This document shows positions 39,471 through 48,189 of a stretch of DNA of 64,000 bases, piece after piece (the first letter of the stretch is position 1; each line of letters begins with the position of its first letter). Under the pieces are notes generated by a model. That model had not been told where the DNA came from. It made no database searches and saw only the letters and a list, made by a program, of their open reading frames with translations. The position numbers were made by a program, and so were the translations under genes. This DNA is from Spirochaetia bacterium. GTDB lineage: Bacteria; Spirochaetota; Spirochaetia; SP-2023. The DNA lies in contig CBDDCK010000001.1 of NCBI GenBank assembly GCA_965225855.1, positions 160,001-224,000 on the forward strand, in the 5' to 3' direction.

Positions 39471-42400
39471 ATGCAGGGTGCCTTGAAGCTTCTCAAACAA
39501 CATTCCGAAAAGCAAGAATTTTTGCTGTATCAACAAAATATGGCTCCATTTACCCAATTTCGCTACAGTGTTCAAAATACAGAATCTGTTAGCTCAAGCT
39601 GGTCGGCCCGATTACTGCCTGGGTATAATACTTTTTCCTCTTGTTATATACTGCGCCAAAGGAATGCCACAGTGCTACTAAACCCTTGCTTTGAAACGCT
39701 TAAAGAAAATTACTCTCCCACATTGCAAAATGAGCTAGAATCTTGCCAATTATTAATTTTGCCAACTCCTAAAAAAGTTATTGGTTTGTACTTGAAGCTA
39801 GAACAAATACAACAAAATTTGTTCCAGCAACAAGAAAAGCAGACCAAACTTTCCCAAAATAAGGTCAAGAAACTGGAACGGAAAAAGCAATTATTCCAGC
39901 AACAGTTGCATACGGTTTGGGCTACATTTGCCCAAAACATTTGCACAACCTTTGATTTTATTAGAGCAAAACAGCAAAGCCCAGCCAAAAAATTACAAGT
40001 TTACTGTAGCGAACCTGTTGTATTTAATTTATACAACTACTTAACCGATAACCAAATCCAACCATACCACAACAGCGAGCTGGCCGGGGCATTACACTAT
40101 TTGCACAAAAATTTTGACTTTCTTCAATTCCATAGCCTATACACCCTACGGTATCAAGATGAGCAAAATACGGATACCCTAAATATCTCCGAAATAACAC
40201 AAAACACAACAGAAAATCTTTCTAAGATGCAAAGCTCCCACAGCTTCCAATGGAGAGGCTGGAATTTTGCTTTAGTGTTAGAGCCCAATAGATGGGGTGG
40301 AATATATTATAGCAAAATTTGTGCCTACCTCGAAAATGAACAGCTATTTATAAATATTGAATTAAACCGTTCTAAAGATAAATATTTATATATCCCTAAA
40401 AAAATACAAAGCAAATTAGAACCTAAGTTCACATCATGGGTAAAAAACAAACATGATTTTGTGGCCACACAAACTTCTCGCCTTTTGGGCCTGCAACCTT
40501 TTCTGCTACCAGATAATGGAGAATTACCAAAATCTATAGGGCTTTGCCAATTTCGCTGCATACGCTCTACTTTCATTCGGAAATTTTTTAGCCCCTTTGC
40601 CAAACGCATTTATCAGCGTGCCAACAAACACGCTTGGAACAATTCACAATCCAAACGTTTTTTGCCTCTTTCTTTAATCGTCTCTACGTCAACAAAGCAA
40701 CCAAGCCAATTTATTTTGCAAGGACAATTTGTATGGCTACAATCAGGAAGCCAAAACGCAACTCCACTGAAATTCGATTCAGCTAGTTTGCAAACAATCT
40801 CATTACAATACCAAGGCGGAATACAAGGTGCTTGGCCAAAAGAAAAATCTTTGTGGCAAAATCTCCAACAAACCGCTGCAAACATCGCTCAAATTGCAAC
40901 AACTCAACAAAAATCATTTTGCCTTTTAGTTGAGCGCGAGGCAACTTACTTTCTTTCTCATACAGGCTTATTGGAAGAAGAACAGGAAAATACTCAATTC
41001 ACTAAGCCATGGCGTAAAGGTTTTCACAGCAAAACCACAATGCAACAACCGTTATCGCTAAATGCCAAATTCTTTTGGAGCGAATTTTTCCAACATAGCA
41101 AGCATTCATCATTTCCAGCCATTTTGCTGTGGCATCTATGGAGCCATTTGGAACCAGCGATTGCGAAAAAAATCCAACGCAAACGCAAAATTGCCCAATT
41201 TTTGCGCAGCCAACAGCCAGACTTTGAACGACTACTACAACTTTTCGGTATTGAATGCCAATGGTCTACCCGACCAATAATGTATTACAAACCCAGTCTA
41301 AAAACTTTGGCTGAATTGTTACGCTTACCAAAAGTTTTACTCGGCAATAATAAAATTGAAGGCGCACAAGCTTGGCGCAAATTTTGGCTAAACATCCACA
41401 AAGAGCACCCGGTTACGGTAAAACAAACAAAGATTTACTATTACTGGCCTAATTGGCATGAAAAACTAGAACAGCTTGCCGGAGCTTGTAATGAACAACT
41501 TTTAGAAAATTTAAAGCAACGCTTACAAAAAGAAACGATGGCTTACCTACGGGTCTACAATTTAGAAACACAATTACGAAAATTCCAGCAGCGTTGCCAA
41601 CGCGATAAACATTTTGCAGAAGAGCTACTCAATTATCAGCAAGTGCAGCAGCACAGAAGTAAACTTATCTGGCAATTTATACGCCGATCTTGGCAGCCAT
41701 ATTTTGTGCTATGGACAAATAAAGCGAGTCATTTAAAAACGAAAATCCGTGGTACTTGGCTGATAACCACAGAAATTATGACCAGTCTCCAATTATGGCA
41801 TGTAGTTGCTAATATTTACCGAAATATTTTGCACATAATGTCGGCCATGACTAAAAGAGTCGTGCAAAATTACCAAGTGCGGCAAGGACTTGCAAAGCAG
41901 GCAAAATTACAAAAACTGCAAAAATACACAGTTCAAACGGAAGTCAAACGGCAAGCTAAAGCCGAGGCAATACGAGAGCAAGAAGCCTTTATTGCAGCAC
42001 GGCATGAACATAGAACACCAAAGCAAGAAGCTGCTATCACACGGCGCATGGCAAGACAAGAACATCAAATGATAATACAGCAACAGCGACAAAAAAAAGC
42101 TGCTGCTCGAATCAACCAAAAAACTTTGCAATTGCGCGAACGCACTATGGCACAACAACGCCGAAAAGCGAGGCAAACAACTGCTAGAGTCCACAACATG
42201 CAGCGTCTACGCTCACAACGGCAAGAACACTTACAATTGCTGTGGGCTCATTGGAACGACCGCTATGAAATCATTTTATCGCCATTTAAAAAACGAACTC
42301 GTAGTTGGTTAAAGTTTTATCGCAATCACCGAACAATTGCTGTTACCGCTATCAGTACCATCTCTTTTGCGTTGGTGGCCATTTTTTTCGTACCAAACGA

Positions 42401-43520
42401 AATTTATAATGATTTGTGGAGAGCTGTTTGGAAAGTTACTCCGAATGCTTTAGAAAACGTTTGGAAAATGCCAACCAATATTGAGCAGAAATCATCTACC
42501 CAATTTTTGGTGATAAACCAATCAAAGCAAGATAATCCTAAAATTCAACCAGAAAAAGAACAAAAATCGGTAAAGCAAAAAAACATTGCCAAATTACAAA
42601 ATACAAAGCCAACAAAAAATCCCAGTAGAGAAAATATTTCAAGCTCGGCACTTTCTCGCGCTGTTGCGCCACTTCAAGAAACAACTATAATTTCCAAGCA
42701 AACCCCAAGCCCTGAAAATATTACCGCTTCTAAGCCTATTGATAAGGCAACAAATGCAACAACGGTTACGCCGCCAAACGATTCAACAAATCAAGTGGCC
42801 CCTTCTGTCAATAAAAAAACTACTACTGAAATTATACTCGAACCGCTTAATGAAAGCCAACAAAAAAATACAAAACAACAAGTTTTCAATAAACCATTGA
42901 TTGGGCAAACTTCCGAACTTGCCAAAAAAACAGAGCAAGAGCAGCAAGCCAATGAATTGAGCCAACAACCTATTGAGTCCACTCAAAATGATGAAAGTGA
43001 AAAAAATAGCCAAACAAACAAAACAGAACAGGCCAATACACAGGTGTTAGAAAAAACAACAGAAAGTACGGAGAATGAAGAAAAAACGTCTAATATAAAA
43101 AATGAATCTTCTACAAGTACAGAAAAAAATACAGAATCAACAACCGATAACCCGCAACCCACGAATAGCAATAGTCCAATTGAAAAACCCAACAAAAATC
43201 CTAGCCAAACAAATCAAACAGATAATAATCAACCCCAAACAGAAAAAAACATCGAGCAGCCGCAAACAACAAATCCAAGCCAACCTGTAGAGCAAAGCAA
43301 CCAAGAAAACTTGCAACAGCAAGCAGCCCCAATAAATACTGCGCCCTCCGAAACAGAAAAAAATGCTAGCCCTAAAGCCATAGTTCCAGAAGACAAACCC
43401 ACAGACGAAGATAAAGAAAATGCAGATTCAAATACTGAACCCCAAAATCTCGAAAATCGCCAAAACAGCCCAAATGATAGCCAAGATGCAACCTCGGAAA
43501 AAACTAAGGATAAAAACTAA
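39471..43520 (+). CDS. Large hypothetical single-pass membrane protein with Gln/Arg coiled region and acidic low-complexity tail
   Basis: 1349-aa open frame; TM IAVTAISTISFALVAIFFVP; Q/E/N/T/S-rich C-terminus. Confidence 0.7.
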   Translation: MQGALKLLKQHSEKQEFLLYQQNMAPFTQFRYSVQNTESVSSSWSARLLPGYNTFSSCYILRQRNATVLLNPCFETLKENYSPTLQNELESCQLLILPTPKKVIGLYLKLEQIQQNLFQQQEKQTKLSQNKVKKLERKKQLFQQQLHTVWATFAQNICTTFDFIRAKQQSPAKKLQVYCSEPVVFNLYNYLTDNQIQPYHNSELAGALHYLHKNFDFLQFHSLYTLRYQDEQNTDTLNISEITQNTTENLSKMQSSHSFQWRGWNFALVLEPNRWGGIYYSKICAYLENEQLFINIELNRSKDKYLYIPKKIQSKLEPKFTSWVKNKHDFVATQTSRLLGLQPFLLPDNGELPKSIGLCQFRCIRSTFIRKFFSPFAKRIYQRANKHAWNNSQSKRFLPLSLIVSTSTKQPSQFILQGQFVWLQSGSQNATPLKFDSASLQTISLQYQGGIQGAWPKEKSLWQNLQQTAANIAQIATTQQKSFCLLVEREATYFLSHTGLLEEEQENTQFTKPWRKGFHSKTTMQQPLSLNAKFFWSEFFQHSKHSSFPAILLWHLWSHLEPAIAKKIQRKRKIAQFLRSQQPDFERLLQLFGIECQWSTRPIMYYKPSLKTLAELLRLPKVLLGNNKIEGAQAWRKFWLNIHKEHPVTVKQTKIYYYWPNWHEKLEQLAGACNEQLLENLKQRLQKETMAYLRVYNLETQLRKFQQRCQRDKHFAEELLNYQQVQQHRSKLIWQFIRRSWQPYFVLWTNKASHLKTKIRGTWLITTEIMTSLQLWHVVANIYRNILHIMSAMTKRVVQNYQVRQGLAKQAKLQKLQKYTVQTEVKRQAKAEAIREQEAFIAARHEHRTPKQEAAITRRMARQEHQMIIQQQRQKKAAARINQKTLQLRERTMAQQRRKARQTTARVHNMQRLRSQRQEHLQLLWAHWNDRYEIILSPFKKRTRSWLKFYRNHRTIAVTAISTISFALVAIFFVPNEIYNDLWRAVWKVTPNALENVWKMPTNIEQKSSTQFLVINQSKQDNPKIQPEKEQKSVKQKNIAKLQNTKPTKNPSRENISSSALSRAVAPLQETTIISKQTPSPENITASKPIDKATNATTVTPPNDSTNQVAPSVNKKTTTEIILEPLNESQQKNTKQQVFNKPLIGQTSELAKKTEQEQQANELSQQPIESTQNDESEKNSQTNKTEQANTQVLEKTTESTENEEKTSNIKNESSTSTEKNTESTTDNPQPTNSNSPIEKPNKNPSQTNQTDNNQPQTEKNIEQPQTTNPSQPVEQSNQENLQQQAAPINTAPSETEKNASPKAIVPEDKPTDEDKENADSNTEPQNLENRQNSPNDSQDATSEKTKDKN

Positions 43521-43608
43521 AATCAGTCTTGGATCAATAAATGATTGCAATAATCCTTATAATAAATTATTGTTAGCCATCCTAGCCAACTATGAGGAGT
43601 ATATCACA

Positions 43609-44310
43609 ATGCCTTTGATAATTTTGATAACAAAGATGAGCCAAACATTCAATCAATTTTGGCAGCAAAAAACTTTGCCAATTACTTGTAGCATAATCTT
43701 TGGCATGAGCTTAGCTATCAACCTTACAGCTCAATTATCGCGCCCAGATGACCCTAAAGAATTTTTGCCCATTGAAGACAAAGATACCGCTACGATATAT
43801 TTGGACTTCACCAATAGCAGTTTAGGTCGTTCACCCTACCGGCGTTTGCGTTTCAACATTGAATTATCCGCCCTAAGCGAATATATGACTTATCCTGTAG
43901 CCGAACCTACTGGCTGGAGTACCGCTGTATTTGTTAGCGATGAAACAGAACAAAAATTGCGCATGAAGCAATTGCCCCTCTCCCCTTATATCAATGATAA
44001 GGGTGGTATTTATTATCTACAGTATAAAGGGATACGTATTGTTTTTGGCCTAGAAGTTCCGCCTAAAAAAGTATTCGATATTATTGCAACAACATATAAA
44101 TATTTACCTAAAATCAATGAACAAGTAACAGAGTACTACAAAAATGGTTACACTGTCCGTATTTATGAAGCTGAAAATGTGTTGGATGCAGAAAACCACA
44201 TGATAAGCTATCCAGAGGCTATCCTAGCAGCCACGATTATCGGGGCTAAAGAACAATGGCTCTGGGGTATTCATGACGGACGAGACTTGTTGAACCAACC
44301 TTTAAAATAA
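43609..44310 (+). CDS. Hypothetical exported protein
   Basis: GAGGAG RBS before ATG 43609; C-terminal WLWGIHDG. Confidence 0.7.
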   Translation: MPLIILITKMSQTFNQFWQQKTLPITCSIIFGMSLAINLTAQLSRPDDPKEFLPIEDKDTATIYLDFTNSSLGRSPYRRLRFNIELSALSEYMTYPVAEPTGWSTAVFVSDETEQKLRMKQLPLSPYINDKGGIYYLQYKGIRIVFGLEVPPKKVFDIIATTYKYLPKINEQVTEYYKNGYTVRIYEAENVLDAENHMISYPEAILAATIIGAKEQWLWGIHDGRDLLNQPLK

Positions 44311-44415
44311 CTCAAGGGTTTATTGCAAACTAATTTTTGACTTAGTTTTCGCAAACTTTCTTGAGGCTTCTTGCCATTATTGGGGGGAATCCTAAATTTT
44401 TTGATCGTAACCTAA

Positions 44416-46488
44416 TTGGAGGACCTCTTGTCCAGTTTATTTCGCCTGCGCTACCACTTGCGCCGTCCCGGTGAAAAGCGGCCTTTATTGCTGCTTGAGC
44501 CGATTTTTATTTCTCGTAGGGCTTTTGGTGAATATTTTGAGTCTAAAACGGTTGAAAGTCTTTCTGAAAAACACAAGCAAAATGCTGCGATAACCACTTT
44601 AAAATGGTACTTATACGCGGAAGGTGGTATTTGTAAAACGGTTGAAATAAGCAAATTACAAACAATATATAAATTGCAAGAACTGCTGCATGAAATACGC
44701 ACCCAAGGTTTCAGTAATAAGCAACCAACCGAATTGGCCCAAGAGCTAAAAAACTTATGGCAGTGCAATATCAAAGGTATTGCAACCAACCAACTAGCCA
44801 AACTCCCTCGGGGGTCAATCATTGCCCCCGAGGGAGTTTGGCTAGTTGACGAGCGCAGCTTCTACAGCTTACTCCCTTGTCCTAAAGAAATTTGGCACAA
44901 ACTGCGTGATAGCTCTGCAGAACAACATGTTCAATTAAAAGAGCGCAGTACAGGTTGCAGCTATCATGGCTGGTTAGCCATTGTTGAACAATTTTCTAGC
45001 ACAGATGAAAAGCTATTGCTTTGCCGTTTGAGTTTAGAAAAACACAGCCTAATTTCACTAAAACAAACTGTATGGGGCGAGCAAAACTATCTTTACAGCT
45101 TATCCTTTACCAAAGAGACCATGCCTAGCGATATGGAAATCTTTTTATTTTCTCCAGTAAATATCATTAGCAGTGGCTTTGCATTGCGCAAATTCTTGCA
45201 TAGTCGCCTAGAAAACTGGAAAGGTTTAGAGCAAAACCTTGAATATTTTGAAGATATGGCCGCTGATTTTATTGGTTGGGGTGAATATAAACCTGCATTA
45301 GATAAGGATTGGCTCCCTTTAAATACGGGAATAAATTCAGGTGGTTGGCGCATACAAAAGCATTTATTCCAAAAACATGGGGGCTATATTTTGCAGCGGG
45401 CCCGCAATTTTGGCGGCTATCCCATTGAGAAATTGCTCGCAGAATTGGACGGTAGCCTGCCTCTATCTTTACTTAAAAGCCTGTTCGATTACCTTTGTGG
45501 CCACCCCAACAAAAATAAAATTGAAGAAGTCCAACAAACAAAAGATAACTTATGGGGTTCGTGCAAAAAAATAGAAAGCTATTTGCTCGCTAAAGAAATG
45601 CTATTTAACCCAGATTTAACTAAAGATGCGAACAATCCCCAAAGTGCTCCCCGCCAAATCTCACCACAGGGCCGCAAAATGTTACAAAAATTAATCATTG
45701 CTGGGAAAAAAGGTTTGGTTTGTTATCATCTGAAGCAAGAGCAGCCAGAAGTTTTATCTGCTTTGCTGCGCAGTGGTTGGGCTGTGCAGAATCAATCGCA
45801 TTGTTATGCTGCCAATTTCCTTGAAAAAGCCCCTCAACAGCAAGCACAAACAACCGAAGATTTATTGTTATTGCTCAACCATTACAAAAAAAAGAACGAA
45901 TTGCGTGGTGCCCCCTCTATTTCGGCTGCCTACGGAAATAGCAAAAATATGGAACGGGCTTGCTACCGCCGCCCAACAGAAGATAGACTAGAAAACAGGC
46001 ACGAGAATAAGCTCCCAAATCGCTCTTACATTTCTGGGCAAAATTACCGAGCCAAACACAACGATCAAAAAGAATTCCATAGAGGCAAGGCTTACCAAAA
46101 AGAGCGCAATAGCAACTACGATAGTTACCAAAATGGTTACCAAACAGAAACGCCTAAAAAAAATAGAATTGCTTGGCAAGAGCACCCAAATTATAACAGC
46201 AGAGGTAAGCAAGGAAGCCAAGGTGATCGCCAAAGGTTTGCTAATAGCTACCACGATAGTTATCAAAGGGACTGGCCCAAAAGAAATAGAAATTGGCACG
46301 AGAATCATTCTGGAGAAAGAAGAAATGCCGATAATTCAGGTTATCGGGGCAAGCAAAATCAATGGAATGATAACCCAAACGGTTACCACCGAGAACGGTA
46401 CTCTAAAAATAAGGCAACAAGCTCCGCAAGGAATAAGCACCACTCAAAAATTACCCAAATGACTAAAAAGCCAAGGCCCAATCAATGA
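44416..46488 (+). CDS. Hypothetical protein, possibly SelB-like (no G-domain), with basic low-complexity tail
   Basis: 690-aa open frame; segments reminiscent of SelB domain II and winged helices; R/N/Q/G-rich tail. Confidence 0.5.
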   Translation: MEDLLSSLFRLRYHLRRPGEKRPLLLLEPIFISRRAFGEYFESKTVESLSEKHKQNAAITTLKWYLYAEGGICKTVEISKLQTIYKLQELLHEIRTQGFSNKQPTELAQELKNLWQCNIKGIATNQLAKLPRGSIIAPEGVWLVDERSFYSLLPCPKEIWHKLRDSSAEQHVQLKERSTGCSYHGWLAIVEQFSSTDEKLLLCRLSLEKHSLISLKQTVWGEQNYLYSLSFTKETMPSDMEIFLFSPVNIISSGFALRKFLHSRLENWKGLEQNLEYFEDMAADFIGWGEYKPALDKDWLPLNTGINSGGWRIQKHLFQKHGGYILQRARNFGGYPIEKLLAELDGSLPLSLLKSLFDYLCGHPNKNKIEEVQQTKDNLWGSCKKIESYLLAKEMLFNPDLTKDANNPQSAPRQISPQGRKMLQKLIIAGKKGLVCYHLKQEQPEVLSALLRSGWAVQNQSHCYAANFLEKAPQQQAQTTEDLLLLLNHYKKKNELRGAPSISAAYGNSKNMERACYRRPTEDRLENRHENKLPNRSYISGQNYRAKHNDQKEFHRGKAYQKERNSNYDSYQNGYQTETPKKNRIAWQEHPNYNSRGKQGSQGDRQRFANSYHDSYQRDWPKRNRNWHENHSGERRNADNSGYRGKQNQWNDNPNGYHRERYSKNKATSSARNKHHSKITQMTKKPRPNQ

Positions 46489-46507
46489 CCCAACCAATAA
46501 CAAGAAC

Positions 46508-47344
46508 ATGACCAAGCCACCAGTTGTTTTATTGGCAATACTATTGAGTTTTTTAAGCTGTAGTGGCCATAAACCGCAAATTGCCGAATTGCGCTGGCGG
46601 CTCAATATTCAGTTTACCCCACGCCCCAAAAACTCCCTCAAAGATAGCAGCACAATTGGTTCGGAAGCTCTATCTTTATTTATTCGGCCGATAGATTATG
46701 ATGGTATAGAAGACTTAGATTCATTGTATTTGATCAACCACGAAGCGGATTTGTTTTGGGCACTCAATGCCGACCAATGGCAAAACACCACCAATGCCGG
46801 TATTTTTTGGGTAGGCAGTAATCAGTTTAACAGTGGTTATCTCAAACAATTGCCGCGCGGTGAATATTGGGTTCAGCTATACGATAAAGCCGGCGAATTT
46901 GCCCAACGCAACTTCCAATTGATCGAGCCCAATACTCAATTACTTGCAAGCCAAATTACTGTGCCAACCGTTGGCGATGAATTGCTATTGTTACTGCCTG
47001 AAGATGTTTCTTTATACTCAATTGTGGGCTACGATGTGGCTAACAATATTTTGTTTACCGATGCAAATTACCAAAGCCTTATATCACTTAAAAAATTAAA
47101 AGCCCGCAATGATGAATTGGATAAAGTGCAAATTTCTTTTATCTTCCCCAATTCCAATGTTATGGCTTTGTTGGGCCCCTATCTGGTACCCCGTATGGGT
47201 ACAGAAAATCAACAACCCAGTATACAACAAAAGATACAACAAAAGCTTGATGGGCAAAGACCCAAAAGCTCAAAAGAACCAGAGATTGCTATTGATACTT
47301 ATATCCCTACTAAAGAAGAAATTGAGGCTGCCAATAACCATTAA
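46508..47344 (+). CDS. Hypothetical lipoprotein
   Basis: Lipobox FLSC; DYDGIEDLDSLYL segment. Confidence 0.75.
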   Translation: MTKPPVVLLAILLSFLSCSGHKPQIAELRWRLNIQFTPRPKNSLKDSSTIGSEALSLFIRPIDYDGIEDLDSLYLINHEADLFWALNADQWQNTTNAGIFWVGSNQFNSGYLKQLPRGEYWVQLYDKAGEFAQRNFQLIEPNTQLLASQITVPTVGDELLLLLPEDVSLYSIVGYDVANNILFTDANYQSLISLKKLKARNDELDKVQISFIFPNSNVMALLGPYLVPRMGTENQQPSIQQKIQQKLDGQRPKSSKEPEIAIDTYIPTKEEIEAANNH

Positions 47345-47585
47345 AGCAAGGCTATAAAGGCTTTAACAGCAACGGCTCACTTTGTGTTGGGAATTACAAG
47401 TGAGCAAATGATTTTTTGTAGCACTGCCCAAAAAATTTACCAGTAGCCTATTTACTAGCTACCACCCCACCCAATAACTGCCCCAGCCCAAACCAACAAA
47501 CCGAAATAGCCATACAAACGCACATACAAACGCAATTGGGCAATTGGTTTGCCGATGCCAATCTACAAGTCATCGCCTGTCTTGC

Positions 47586-47720
47586 TGCAATATAGCTTTC
47601 CGCCTTGGTATAAAGTCTTGTTCCGCATTGGTGCAATATAGCTTTCCCACTTCGATCAAGGCCTTGATCCGCATTGGAGTAAGGTATTGATCGAAGGCGG
47701 AAAGTTATATCATAGCAAGG
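47586..47720. repeat. 46-bp degenerate tandem duplication plus an inverted third copy
   Basis: TGCAATATAGCTTTCC...TCCGCATTGG at 47586 and 47632; reverse-complement copy ...TTGATCGAAGGCGGAAAGTTATAT at about 47678-47718. Confidence 0.85.
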
Positions 47721-47934
47721 CACTAAAAACCATAAAAATAAGCAGGCCATAGACTTGCTAAAACCCAACAACATCGTAAAAAGCCAAAACTGGGACGACC
47801 TCAAATAGGGCCAGTATGCCGATGCTTTGACCGTAGCCCACAGCGTCAATGCTGGCATTTTAGAAGTAATGGCACAATATCTGGCTATATATTGCGGGCC
47901 GATGACCCCAACTGCGATATATTGATACCGCCCA

Positions 47935-47975
47935 ATGGTTGGCATGGTTGGGTTGGCACGGTTGGCATGGTTGGC
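47935..47975 (+). repeat. About 9-bp degenerate tandem repeat (TGGCAYGGT)
   Basis: atggttggcatggttgggttggcacggttggcatggttggc. Confidence 0.8.
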
Positions 47976-47997
47976 GTTGTGCCTGCTATCGCATACC

Positions 47998-48189
47998 CTC
48001 AAGACTTTTGATTGGCATGGATTTTGAACCACCTTACAACACTAACACACAAAAAAAGTGCCCAAACATAAAAAAACTTACAAAAAGCTTGTATAGGCCT
48101 TGACGCAACACCCCCCCTAGCAAAATGGGGATTTACAGACTAGCCCGTATGGGTTGGTTAATCTTTATCCATTGTTGGAGGTATTGCTT
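47998..48189 (+). promoter_or_regulatory. Conserved leader of adhesin-like lipoprotein B
   Basis: Near-identical to 12655-12855. Confidence 0.8.

Noticed and set aside
47448..48032. 194-aa minus-strand ORF
   Set aside because: Not protein-like, runs through tandem and inverted repeats, and overlaps the conserved leader; probably spurious, though not excluded.
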